Made by a program: the position numbers and the translations under genes
The notes under the pieces: model-generated
The model's input: the letters and a program-made list of their open reading frames with translations, nothing else
Told to the model about the DNA's origin: nothing
The model's database searches: none
Assembly (NCBI GenBank): GCA_038895675.1
Contig: JAWANB010000012.1
Coordinates: 1 to 21,276, forward strand
Length of the DNA stretch: 21,276 bases
DNA from: Candidatus Iainarchaeum sp.
GTDB lineage: Archaea > Iainarchaeota > Iainarchaeia > Iainarchaeales > Iainarchaeaceae
Reading direction: 5' to 3'
Part shown: piece after piece, positions 7,105 through 15,073 of the stretch
How the letters are laid out: each line of letters begins with the position of its first letter
Position numbering within the stretch: the first letter of the stretch is position 1

Positions 7105-8048
7105 TCTGTGCCCCCTTTATTGTAAAAAGCCATGTAACCAGATATAATTATTGAAAAAAAAATTATTGCTAAATTTACAAAGCCCAAAAATAGCATGCTC
7201 ATTGAAAGCCACATCAGGCCATTTTGACTGAAAACATTGCTTGTGCTAGTCAAAGTCAATAGTATTAGTGCATCTATCGGTTGTATCGCAAACAAACTCA
7301 CTATAAAGTACAAAGCCGCTTTTCCGAAAGATTTTAATGGCACAATAAAGTAAAGGAAAATTGCTATTGGAAATAGTAGTGTGTTTAAAGCTATTCCAAC
7401 ATATCTTATAAAAAGGCTAAAAGTTGCAAAAGATACGGCTATTGTAAAAAAAATTATTTCAACTAAATTGAAGTTCAATTCGTTAAAATTAAAAAAGTCG
7501 TTTGGCGAGTAGGAAATAAAGTAGTTTGCTATTTCTGAAAAAAATTTTAATGTTAAAGCATACAACTCGTAAGAAATACCAATTAGTATTATCATTAGTA
7601 TTGCTCCTTTCAACCATTCTTTAGCTTGAATTCTTTTTTCAGTATCCAAAAAACTCATGGTTAATAATAATCCTGAAATAAGTAAAATTAGCGTGTATAA
7701 AGTGGATAGTATTAGGACTATTTTTGACCATGCTTCTTTCATTTTTGTTATGTCTGGGTTTTCAAGGATTAGTTTTGTTGCTAATGAAGGGAGTTGGTTT
7801 GAGAAACCTTTTAGTGAACCTTCAAAATAGTTTTTGAAAAAGTCAAAAATATTGTTTGGTATTAAAGTTAAGTTATTGGTTATCCCTTTGGTGTTGTCGT
7901 TTATTGCTGATACTATTGGACCGAAGTCAATGCTTATGTTTATTGGTGTTGGTTGGGAGTCAGGGGCGGCTAAACTTGGGTGGGCGTAAATTGCAATACT
8001 AAGGGCAATTAATGGTAAGCATATTTCTTTGAACTTCATGCTATTCAC
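7077..8048 (-). CDS. Polytopic membrane protein, VirB6/TrbL/CedA-like
   Basis: Signal peptide, then about 6-7 TM segments including R...L..LLFPIAIFLY..P. Lies between the pilin and PrgI/VirB4 genes. True start may be ATG 8039. The family call rests mainly on context. Confidence 0.6.
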   Translation of the reverse strand: MNSMKFKEICLPLIALSIAIYAHPSLAAPDSQPTPINISIDFGPIVSAINDNTKGITNNLTLIPNNIFDFFKNYFEGSLKGFSNQLPSLATKLILENPDITKMKEAWSKIVLILSTLYTLILLISGLLLTMSFLDTEKRIQAKEWLKGAILMIILIGISYELYALTLKFFSEIANYFISYSPNDFFNFNELNFNLVEIIFFTIAVSFATFSLFIRYVGIALNTLLFPIAIFLYFIVPLKSFGKAALYFIVSLFAIQPIDALILLTLTSTSNVFSQNGLMWLSMSMLFLGFVNLAIIFFSIIISGYMAFYNKGGTECLTKFQKI

Positions 8049-8063
8049 TTTTTTTTGTAAAAA

Positions 8064-8363
8064 TCAGGCAGTCAGGTATTGAACTAATGTTGGTGCTATC
8101 CACACTAAGACAAGGCCTATTACAGCGTAACCCACCATTGATTTTGCATTTTCCCTTTGTTGAATGTTTGAGCCTGAAAGCATGTAAAGGGCGCCAGCAG
8201 TTGTTATTGCTATTATTCCAACCAATGAGATAATTGATTTCATTAAATCGTAGATTTTGTTTATAGGCTCTTTTATTTTTTCAATGTCAGAGTTAGTTTC
8301 AGCAAAAACCAAGTTTGTGAAAAGAACTAAACAAAGTAAAACCATTGCATTAATTAAAACCAT
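8064..8363 (-). CDS. TrbC/VirB2-like pilin
   Basis: GGTGA SD (8373-8369) supports ATG 8363, giving 99 aa. Signal peptide ending VFA, then two hydrophobic helices joined by G..YMLSGSN.QQRENAK. Confidence 0.8.
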   Translation of the reverse strand: MVLINAMVLLCLVLFTNLVFAETNSDIEKIKEPINKIYDLMKSIISLVGIIAITTAGALYMLSGSNIQQRENAKSMVGYAVIGLVLVWIAPTLVQYLTA

Positions 8364-8589
8364 CAAAATCACCAAATAATAATTCGGCAATTGACGAATA
8401 TATTTTTTTCGTTTTATAAGTTTAAATTGTTCATACCAAACCTTAATTTTTCATTTTTCTTTATTTTTGCTTACTTTTTAGACTTTCTTTGAATTTTTCT
8501 TAACTAATTTTTTGGGATCTTTTTTGTTTTATTTTAAATTTGTAAAGAGCAAATATTTGTTTTTATTTATTTTTTGATTTTTTTTTCTT

Positions 8590-9543
8590 ATGAATTTTTG
8601 TGGTATAAAAGTAGAGAGCAACTTTTTTTTGGCTCCAATGGCTGCAATTACTAATCTTCCTTTCAGGCTTTTGTGTAAAAATTATGGTGCAGGCCTTGTT
8701 TTTACAGAGCAAATAAACGCAACAAGAATTGCTTTGAACCCTGACTCTTTTTCTAATTCAGAGTTTGAAATAATAAAAACTATTGAAAGTGAAAAGCCTG
8801 TTGGTGTTCAACTTTTTGGTTCTAATCCTAAAGATTTTGCTTTAGCTGTTGAGGCGGTTGAAAAAAATTTTGATTTAATAAACATTAATTGTGGTTGTCC
8901 TTCTCAAAAAGAGGTTTCTATAGGAGCCGGTGCTGCTCTGTTAAAGTCTCCTGAAAAAATTGTGTCTATAATAGAACACGTAAAGCCTATAACCGAAAAG
9001 CCTCTCACTATAAAAATGCGTTTGGGCTGGTCAACTAACGAGGCTTTAAAAATAGTGAAAGAAATAGAAAAGGCAGGTGCCGATGCAATAATAATTCATG
9101 GTAGAACGGCTTTACAGGGCTATTCTGGTTTTGCTGATTGGAATGCTATAAAACTGATAAAGTCTCAAACGTCTTTGCCATTAGTTGCTAATGGCGACGT
9201 TGATTCAGGCAGGAAAGCAGAGCAATTGCTTATGGAAACCAATTGTGAATTTGGAATGGTAGGCAGAGCAGCAATGTCTAACCCGTTTGTTTTTAAGTCA
9301 ATCAATGACTGGTTTTTCAAAGGCTTTGAGTTTGTGCCTTCTAACAAAGAAAAAATCTCGTTGTTTTTTGAATACGCCAAAATTTGCGAGAGTTTAGGTT
9401 TTAATGATTTTCAGGATTTAAAATTGAAAGCAATACAGTTCACTAAAGGAATAGAGTTTTCAGCAAAGCTAAGATCAAAGTTGTCTTTAGCAAAATCCAA
9501 GGAAGAATTATTTTCTTGCATGGAAGAATTTTTGAGCATATAA
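8590..9543 (+). CDS. dusB: tRNA-dihydrouridine synthase (DusB-like)
   Basis: LAPMA, VQLFG, ININCGCP (catalytic Cys), GAGAALL, KMRLGW, IHGRT, ANGDV, MVGRAA. Confidence 0.93.
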   Translation: MNFCGIKVESNFFLAPMAAITNLPFRLLCKNYGAGLVFTEQINATRIALNPDSFSNSEFEIIKTIESEKPVGVQLFGSNPKDFALAVEAVEKNFDLININCGCPSQKEVSIGAGAALLKSPEKIVSIIEHVKPITEKPLTIKMRLGWSTNEALKIVKEIEKAGADAIIIHGRTALQGYSGFADWNAIKLIKSQTSLPLVANGDVDSGRKAEQLLMETNCEFGMVGRAAMSNPFVFKSINDWFFKGFEFVPSNKEKISLFFEYAKICESLGFNDFQDLKLKAIQFTKGIEFSAKLRSKLSLAKSKEELFSCMEEFLSI

Positions 9544-9544
9544 A

Positions 9545-9643
9545 TTATTTTCTTCTATTTTTTTTATTAGCAGTCGTTAAAAGACCAATCGCTCCCTTTG
9601 CTCCTGCTAAGACTTTGCTAAAAGGCGTTCTTCTTGTTGGCAT
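9545..9643 (-). CDS. Putative 32-aa cationic micropeptide MPTRRTPFSKVLAGAKGAIGLLTTANKKNRRK
   Basis: Below the ORF-track cutoff. GGTGA SD at 9656-9652, 8 nt before the ATG; TATTAAAA box at 9688-9681; stop ends 1 nt from the convergent dus stop. Confidence 0.6.
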   Translation of the reverse strand: MPTRRTPFSKVLAGAKGAIGLLTTANKKNRRK

Positions 9644-9796
9644 TATACTATTCACCTTTAATAATTTTACTTGTTGTTGTTTTTAATACTTCATATTCTG
9701 GCTTTTAAGGTTTTTTTTGTTTTTTAGATTTAAAGATTTTTTCAAAGAAAAGTGTTTTTGCTCAACGTTTTTAATTTTATCACATTTATTTTTTTC

Positions 9797-10567
9797 ATGC
9801 CTAAAAAGGTTAAGAAAAAAAATAAGTTGAGTTTAAAACAGCAAGAGATTTTACATAAGCAATTTGAAGATCATCATAATGGAAATGTAGGCCAATATGT
9901 TGGAGACCTTGTTTATGGTGCTTTAGATGGCATAATAACTACTTTTGCTGTTGTTGCAGGTTCTGCTGGCGCTGGACTTTCTTCAGGTGTTGTTATTGTG
10001 CTTGGTTTTGCTAACTTGATTGCTGATGGCATTTCAATGTCAGTAGGCAATTATCTTTCTTTGAAATCTGAGAAATCTTATTATGAAGCCCAAAGAAAAA
10101 CAGAAGAATTTGAAGTAAAAAAATTTCCTGATGTAGAAAGAAAAGAAATAAAAGAAATTTATAGGAAAAAAGGTTTTTCTGGAAAGGCATTAGAGCAAAT
10201 TGTTGCTTTAATAACTTCAAACAAAAAAACTTGGGTTGACACTATGATGAGTGATGAGCTCGGTTTAACTATTGACCAAAGAAAGCCAATTTTTGCTGGG
10301 TTAGCAACTTTTTTTGCTTTTGTTGTTGCTGGCTTTGTTCCATTAATAGCTTATATTGCAACACATTTTTTTGGTTTTCCAAAAGAATTGGCTTTACCGA
10401 CTTCCATAACCTTGTCTTTTTTGACTATTTTTTCAGTTGGTTCTTTGAGGTCTTTGGTAATAGCAAAACCTTGGCTTAACGCAGGCTTTGAAATGTTAAT
10501 AGTGGGCGGGTTAGCTGCAGTAGCATCTTTTTTTATAGGCGATTTTTTAGGAAACATTATTTTATAG
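9797..10567 (+). CDS. VIT1/CCC1 family Fe2+/Mn2+ transporter
   Basis: DLVYGALDGIITTFAVVAG, GFANLIADGISMSVGNYLS, E-rich cytoplasmic domain, MMSDELGL. ATG 9797 preferred over GTG 9752. Confidence 0.93.
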   Translation: MPKKVKKKNKLSLKQQEILHKQFEDHHNGNVGQYVGDLVYGALDGIITTFAVVAGSAGAGLSSGVVIVLGFANLIADGISMSVGNYLSLKSEKSYYEAQRKTEEFEVKKFPDVERKEIKEIYRKKGFSGKALEQIVALITSNKKTWVDTMMSDELGLTIDQRKPIFAGLATFFAFVVAGFVPLIAYIATHFFGFPKELALPTSITLSFLTIFSVGSLRSLVIAKPWLNAGFEMLIVGGLAAVASFFIGDFLGNIIL

Positions 10568-10603
10568 CCTTGTTTTTTAATTTTTTAGTTGTTAAAAATA
10601 ATC

Positions 10604-11170
10604 ATGGTTTTAACTCCTTCTAATTATAGCGTCTTAAGAAAAGGCAGCGTTGCGCCAAATTTTTCACTACTTAACATTGACGGAAAAAAATATTCTTTGC
10701 CAAAGCCAAAAGAAAAAAAAGGCGTTTTGGTTGTTTTTATGTGCAATCATTGTCCTTATGTTAAGCCAAAAATGCCTTTTCTAAAATATCTTTATGACAC
10801 ATATGCAAAAAGAGGTCTTTCAATGTTTGGCATAAATAGTAATGACACTAACGCTTATTCTGAAGACGACTTTGAAAACATGAAAAGAGTATCTAAAGAG
10901 CAGGGCTTTGGCTTTCCTTATTTACTTGATGAAACACAAGAAATAGCAAAAGCCTATGGGGCTGCCTGCACTCCTGACCCTTTTCTTTTTGATTCTGAGT
11001 TAAGATTAGTTTATCATGGTAGAATAGATAATGCTCACATGCAACCTCATGAAAAAGCAACTACCAACGAATTAGAAGATGCAATAAAGCAACTTTTAGA
11101 GGGAAAAAAAGTTAATGTTAAAGAAGAGCCATCAATAGGATGCAACGTAAAGTGGAAAAGCAAAAGTTGA
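10604..11170 (+). CDS. Thioredoxin-fold AhpC/TSA-like redoxin
   Basis: APNFSL, FMCNHCPYV (CxxC), GINSND, FPYLLDETQEIAKAYGAACTPD, YHGRID, SIGCNVKW. Confidence 0.92.
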   Translation: MVLTPSNYSVLRKGSVAPNFSLLNIDGKKYSLPKPKEKKGVLVVFMCNHCPYVKPKMPFLKYLYDTYAKRGLSMFGINSNDTNAYSEDDFENMKRVSKEQGFGFPYLLDETQEIAKAYGAACTPDPFLFDSELRLVYHGRIDNAHMQPHEKATTNELEDAIKQLLEGKKVNVKEEPSIGCNVKWKSKS

Positions 11171-11302
11171 ACTTTTTTTGATTGGCAAAGCGTTATAAAA
11201 GCTATTTGTGTTAAAATCGACTTTTAAAAGATTTAAAGACTTTTAAAAAAGCTAAATATTAAATATTAGTTTGTGTTTGATTTTGTTGGAGGTCATTTTC
11301 TT

Positions 11303-11518
11303 ATGAGCGGTAGAATATTGCCTTTAGCTGCTGTAGATAGGATTATTAGAAAAGCAGGAGCAACAAGAGTAAGCGAAGATGCTGTGGAGGCTTTGGCAGA
11401 GATTCTTGAAGAAGAAGGCATAAAAATAAGCCAGCAAGCTTCAGAATTTGCAAAACACGCTAACAGAAAAACAGTGGTTGGTGCTGACATAAGGTTGGCT
11501 GTAAAGCAACCAAGATAA
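11303..11518 (+). CDS. Archaeal histone (HMf/HMt-type), 71 aa
   Basis: GGAGGT SD at 11288-11293; [22 protein letters not shown]...[11 protein letters not shown] histone-fold signature. Confidence 0.96.
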   Translation: MSGRILPLAAVDRIIRKAGATRVSEDAVEALAEILEEEGIKISQQASEFAKHANRKTVVGADIRLAVKQPR

Positions 11519-11531
11519 AAAACTAAAAGTC

Positions 11532-12233
11532 TCAATTTTTTAGTTTATAGAGAGCAAAAGCAAGATAAATAATTATTATGCATAATCCTACTAAAGTATA
11601 TGTGCTAATTTTTTTTCTCTCTAAAGTTATTTTAACAAACCAATAAAGTTGCCCTAATAAAACAAAGAATGTTGTCGTTGCAAGCAAATACCAAGGCGGG
11701 CCTTTCAAAGCCTTTGGATTTTGCAACAAAAAATGGAATATAGAAAGCATAAAAGCAATATGCGCAAACTGCTGAATTGTCTTCCATTTGCTTCCTAATT
11801 TTTGCACTGCAAAATCAGTTGAAGTCAAGGTCAATAATATGAAAATAGGCAAAGCTAAAGCCCCAAAAACTATTGGGTTTTCGAAAGGATCAAAAGTAGG
11901 GTAAATCAGATCAAAATTAAAACTAAAATAAAGTCCAGAAGCAAAAAAAACATGAAAAAGTACAAACAATGCGCCAACAACACCTAAGTTTCTTCTCAAT
12001 GGCCAATTAACTGCCAATTTAGGCGAAAACTTGAAAACTATACTTGTCAATAAAGAAAGAGCTATAAAAGTAGTCCCAGCAAAAGCAAAGCTCCTAACTA
12101 AAGAAACTTCAATCGGTTCTTGCTCAATTAGTTTTTGATAAAAAAATTGTAACAACCAAAAAATGACAGAAATAAAGCAAAACAAAAGTATTTGTTTCCA
12201 ATGTTTTTTTGCTCCTTCAAAAAAGTAAGGCAT
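11532..12233 (-). CDS. MsrQ/YedZ-like ferric-reductase transmembrane heme protein
   Basis: LRRNLGV, FHV, LTLTS, KWKTIQQFAH...IFHF with candidate heme His residues. ATG 12233 preferred because it avoids overlap with the photolyase gene. Confidence 0.8.
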   Translation of the reverse strand: MPYFFEGAKKHWKQILLFCFISVIFWLLQFFYQKLIEQEPIEVSLVRSFAFAGTTFIALSLLTSIVFKFSPKLAVNWPLRRNLGVVGALFVLFHVFFASGLYFSFNFDLIYPTFDPFENPIVFGALALPIFILLTLTSTDFAVQKLGSKWKTIQQFAHIAFMLSIFHFLLQNPKALKGPPWYLLATTTFFVLLGQLYWFVKITLERKKISTYTLVGLCIIIIYLAFALYKLKN

Positions 12234-12273
12234 TAAAAAACAGACTTGTAAATAATTTAAAATATCATATGTG

Positions 12274-13635
12274 TCATGCATTCAAATAAGCTTTTTTAGA
12301 CTTTTCGATTTCTTTTTTATGATCAACTATTTTTTCATAGTATCCATTGACTCTGTTTTTCTCTAATTCATGTATTTGATTTGGTGAGAGATTTTCTAGT
12401 TCTTTAACCCATTTTTTTATATACCTACAATTAGGATCAAATTTTCTTTGTTGTAACCATGGGTTGAAAGTTCTAAAGTATGGTTGGGAATCACAGCCAG
12501 TTGATGCTGTCCATTGCCAATTTCCATTATTTACTGCAGGATCATAGTCAGCAAGTTTTTGCGCAAAATACTTTTCACCTATTCTCCAGTCAACGTGTAA
12601 ATCTTTGACTAAAAAAGAAGCACAAATCATTCTAAGCCTATTATGCATTAAGCCTCTTTGATTCAATTCTCTCATTCCAGCGTCTATTATCGGAAATCCT
12701 GTTTCACCATTTTTCCACTTTATTATTTTTTCTTCATTGTTTTCCCAATTTATCTTTTCATATTTTTCATTAAAAGATTTTCCGAAGACTTTTGGGAAGT
12801 AGAATGCTATGTAAGTAAAGAAATCTCTCCAGTAAAGTTGTCTTATTAAAGAATGGAATTCAGTGAGAGATTCTCTTATAGCCCAATAAGTTTCTCTTAT
12901 TGAAATATTTCCGAATTTAAGGTAAGGTGAAAGACCTGTTGTTTCTTCATATGCATAATTTCTTTTATTTTCATAGTCAGAGAATTTTTGTGCTCTGCTA
13001 ATTTTTTCTAAACCAAATTTTCTTCCGCCTTTCAAGTAAGGGTTTTCAGGGTATTTACTTTCAAATTTGTCAATAATATTTTCTCTATGAAAACTTGCTC
13101 TAAAATTAGAATAATTTTTCTCGCTATTTTTGTTTGGTTTTCTTACACTAATATTTTTTGCATTAGTATAAAAGTGTGTGAAAATAGTGTATGGCTTTTG
13201 ATTTTTTTTCAAGTAATTTTGCGGTTCATTTAACAAGTAATCATGATAAGAAAAAAAACTAACCCCTTTACTTTTACACAAATCTTCTAATTGTTTGTCT
13301 CTTTCAATGCTGAAAGGCGTATAATCTTTATTTACGAAAATTGCTTCTGCTTTACTTTCTTCTAAAAGTTCTTTAACTATTCTAACATAGTTGCCATAAA
13401 AAAAATTTAGGAAACCACCTTGCTTTGCCAACTCTTCTTTAAGGTCTTTTAAAGATTCTATCATGAACCTAAAGGCTTTCTCGCTAAAGTAATCATTTTT
13501 TTCTATTTGGTTTTCGTCAAAAATAAAGCAAGTTATTACTTTTTCAGAGTCTTCATTGGCTTTGATTAGGCCAGTGTTGTCTTCAAGCCTTAAGTCTCTT
13601 CTAAAAATAAATATTGATTTTTGGAATTTTTTCAT
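12274..13635 (-). CDS. phrB: Deoxyribodipyrimidine (CPD) photolyase, class I type
   Basis: FRRDLRLEDN, TGLSPYLKFGNISIR, RQLYWRDFF, GETGFPIIDAGMREL, MHNRLRM, DYDPAVNNGNWQW, YFRTFNP. Confidence 0.94.
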   Translation of the reverse strand: MKKFQKSIFIFRRDLRLEDNTGLIKANEDSEKVITCFIFDENQIEKNDYFSEKAFRFMIESLKDLKEELAKQGGFLNFFYGNYVRIVKELLEESKAEAIFVNKDYTPFSIERDKQLEDLCKSKGVSFFSYHDYLLNEPQNYLKKNQKPYTIFTHFYTNAKNISVRKPNKNSEKNYSNFRASFHRENIIDKFESKYPENPYLKGGRKFGLEKISRAQKFSDYENKRNYAYEETTGLSPYLKFGNISIRETYWAIRESLTEFHSLIRQLYWRDFFTYIAFYFPKVFGKSFNEKYEKINWENNEEKIIKWKNGETGFPIIDAGMRELNQRGLMHNRLRMICASFLVKDLHVDWRIGEKYFAQKLADYDPAVNNGNWQWTASTGCDSQPYFRTFNPWLQQRKFDPNCRYIKKWVKELENLSPNQIHELEKNRVNGYYEKIVDHKKEIEKSKKAYLNA

Positions 13636-13662
13636 TCTTAATTTTCTTTGCGATTCTTTTTT

Positions 13663-14367
13663 TTATTTTAATGCTTCCCAAACAATTTCATCTTTAGGCC
13701 TGACTTCTATTCCAAACTCTGTTATTGTAAAAGGGTGTACTTTTTTGCTATGATTTGTTCCTCTAAGTTTTCTGACAAAAATTGCCCTATTAGGAGGATT
13801 GAAATAAAGCATTATTACGCCATCAACAATAAATTCTTCAACTCCAAAAGCAGAGTACTCTGTTTTATCTCCTTTGGTTTCTGCTATTAGGATTGTTGTA
13901 CAACCGAATTCTTTTAGAGAATCTGCAAAAGTATAAAGCATGTGCCTTATTTTTCCTATTTCACTTATCCATACACCCATTGCTGTTGTTGAATCAACGA
14001 CAAGTCTTTTGCACCCCATTTCTTTTACAAGTCTTGCTATTACCTTTAATTCTTCTTTTATTTGCGCTTCCACGTTTTCTTCAGTGTGCAAATTCATTTT
14101 GTAAATCCTGAATTTTGAAGTGGCTTGTAAGGAAGCTATGTCCCAGCCAAAAGTTTCCATGTTCCAAACTATGTTTTTGAGATTCTCCTCAAGTGTAATA
14201 TATAAGCCTGCTTCGTTGTATTCTTTAGCACCTACATATAAATAAGTTAAACCAAATATTGTTTTTCCTGTTCCTGGACCTCCTGATAATAATATTGTTG
14301 ATCCTCTTGGAAATCCTCCGTTTATTAGTTCATCAAAGCCTTTTATTCCTGTTTTTGTCCTTTCCAT
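13663..14367 (-). CDS. Single-domain KaiC/RAD55-family RecA-fold ATPase
   Basis: TGIKGFDELINGGFP, GGPGTGKT (Walker A), YITLEE, RLVVDS (Walker B), GVEEFIVDGVI, KLRGTNH. Confidence 0.9.
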   Translation of the reverse strand: MERTKTGIKGFDELINGGFPRGSTILLSGGPGTGKTIFGLTYLYVGAKEYNEAGLYITLEENLKNIVWNMETFGWDIASLQATSKFRIYKMNLHTEENVEAQIKEELKVIARLVKEMGCKRLVVDSTTAMGVWISEIGKIRHMLYTFADSLKEFGCTTILIAETKGDKTEYSAFGVEEFIVDGVIMLYFNPPNRAIFVRKLRGTNHSKKVHPFTITEFGIEVRPKDEIVWEALK

Positions 14368-14941
14368 AGCACCACTCCATTATTCCTTTCAATGCACTTT
14401 CAAGCACTTGTTCTTGGTTAAGAGAGTCAGTTTTCAATACTAAATTGAAGACTGAAAGGTCTTCTCCCATTTTGAATTTGTACAACCTTTCATATAAACG
14501 TTTTGTATCAATGTCCCTTGCCTTTATTTTATCAAAAGTCTCGTCATAATTCAAATTGTCTCTTTCAGAAACTCTTTTTGCTCTTGTTTCGGGCTTTGCT
14601 TCCAACCAAATCTTGTAAGCATTTCCTTTGTATAAGTAAGGCATTGTCCACGAATCTAAAACTACATTGCCTTTTTCAGCTATTTCCATTAGTTTTTTGT
14701 CAAGCATAATGTCCAATTCTGGGTTTTCGTGTCTTTGTTTCATAAATTCTTTCGCTTCTTCAGACTCCCACCAATCCTTGACTTTTTTTACTTGAGTTTT
14801 TTCAAGAGCTTTTTCCCCTTTTTCTTTCATTTCTTTTAGTATTGCAGAAGCATGAATTACTTTTAAGCCTAATTTTTTTCCTAAAGAGTCAGCTAAAGAG
14901 CTTTTTCCAGAGCCAGCAAAGCCAGAAATAATTATTAGCAT
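14333..14941 (-). CDS. cmk: Archaeal-type cytidylate kinase
   Basis: IIISGFAGSGKSS P-loop, D..LD, GNVVLDS, KIWLEA..ETRAKRVSERD, RY..LY; overlaps the downstream ATPase start by 35 nt. Confidence 0.85.
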   Translation of the reverse strand: MLIIISGFAGSGKSSLADSLGKKLGLKVIHASAILKEMKEKGEKALEKTQVKKVKDWWESEEAKEFMKQRHENPELDIMLDKKLMEIAEKGNVVLDSWTMPYLYKGNAYKIWLEAKPETRAKRVSERDNLNYDETFDKIKARDIDTKRLYERLYKFKMGEDLSVFNLVLKTDSLNQEQVLESALKGIMEWCYGKDKNRNKRL

Positions 14942-15023
14942 TATTGCATTTAATTAAGACAACTATTTAACACTTTTCTATTTGTTTCTTTTACCTGTTG
15001 TTAGGCTTTTGTTAAAAATAAAT

Positions 15024-15050
15024 AGACAAAGACTTTTTGAGTCTTTGTCT
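15024..15050. terminator. Perfect 11-bp hairpin downstream of tfb, possibly a bidirectional terminator
   Basis: AGACAAAGACT-ttttg-AGTCTTTGTCT, followed by ATTTATTTTT on the minus strand and TTTGGTTTTTTTTT on the plus strand; about 24 nt after the tfb stop. Confidence 0.6.
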
Positions 15051-15073
15051 TTTGGTTTTTTTTTGAATTTTGA

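Noticed and set aside
4623..8589. Complete integrative conjugative element or provirus at trnS
   Set aside because: No integrase, relaxase, VirD4, capsid-like gene or att duplication is visible, and housekeeping dus follows directly.
13663..14367. True circadian KaiC or RadA/RadB recombinase
   Set aside because: Single domain with no CII phosphosites and no kaiA/kaiB; it lacks the RadA N-terminal HhH domain, and its motifs fit the KaiC/RAD55-like group.
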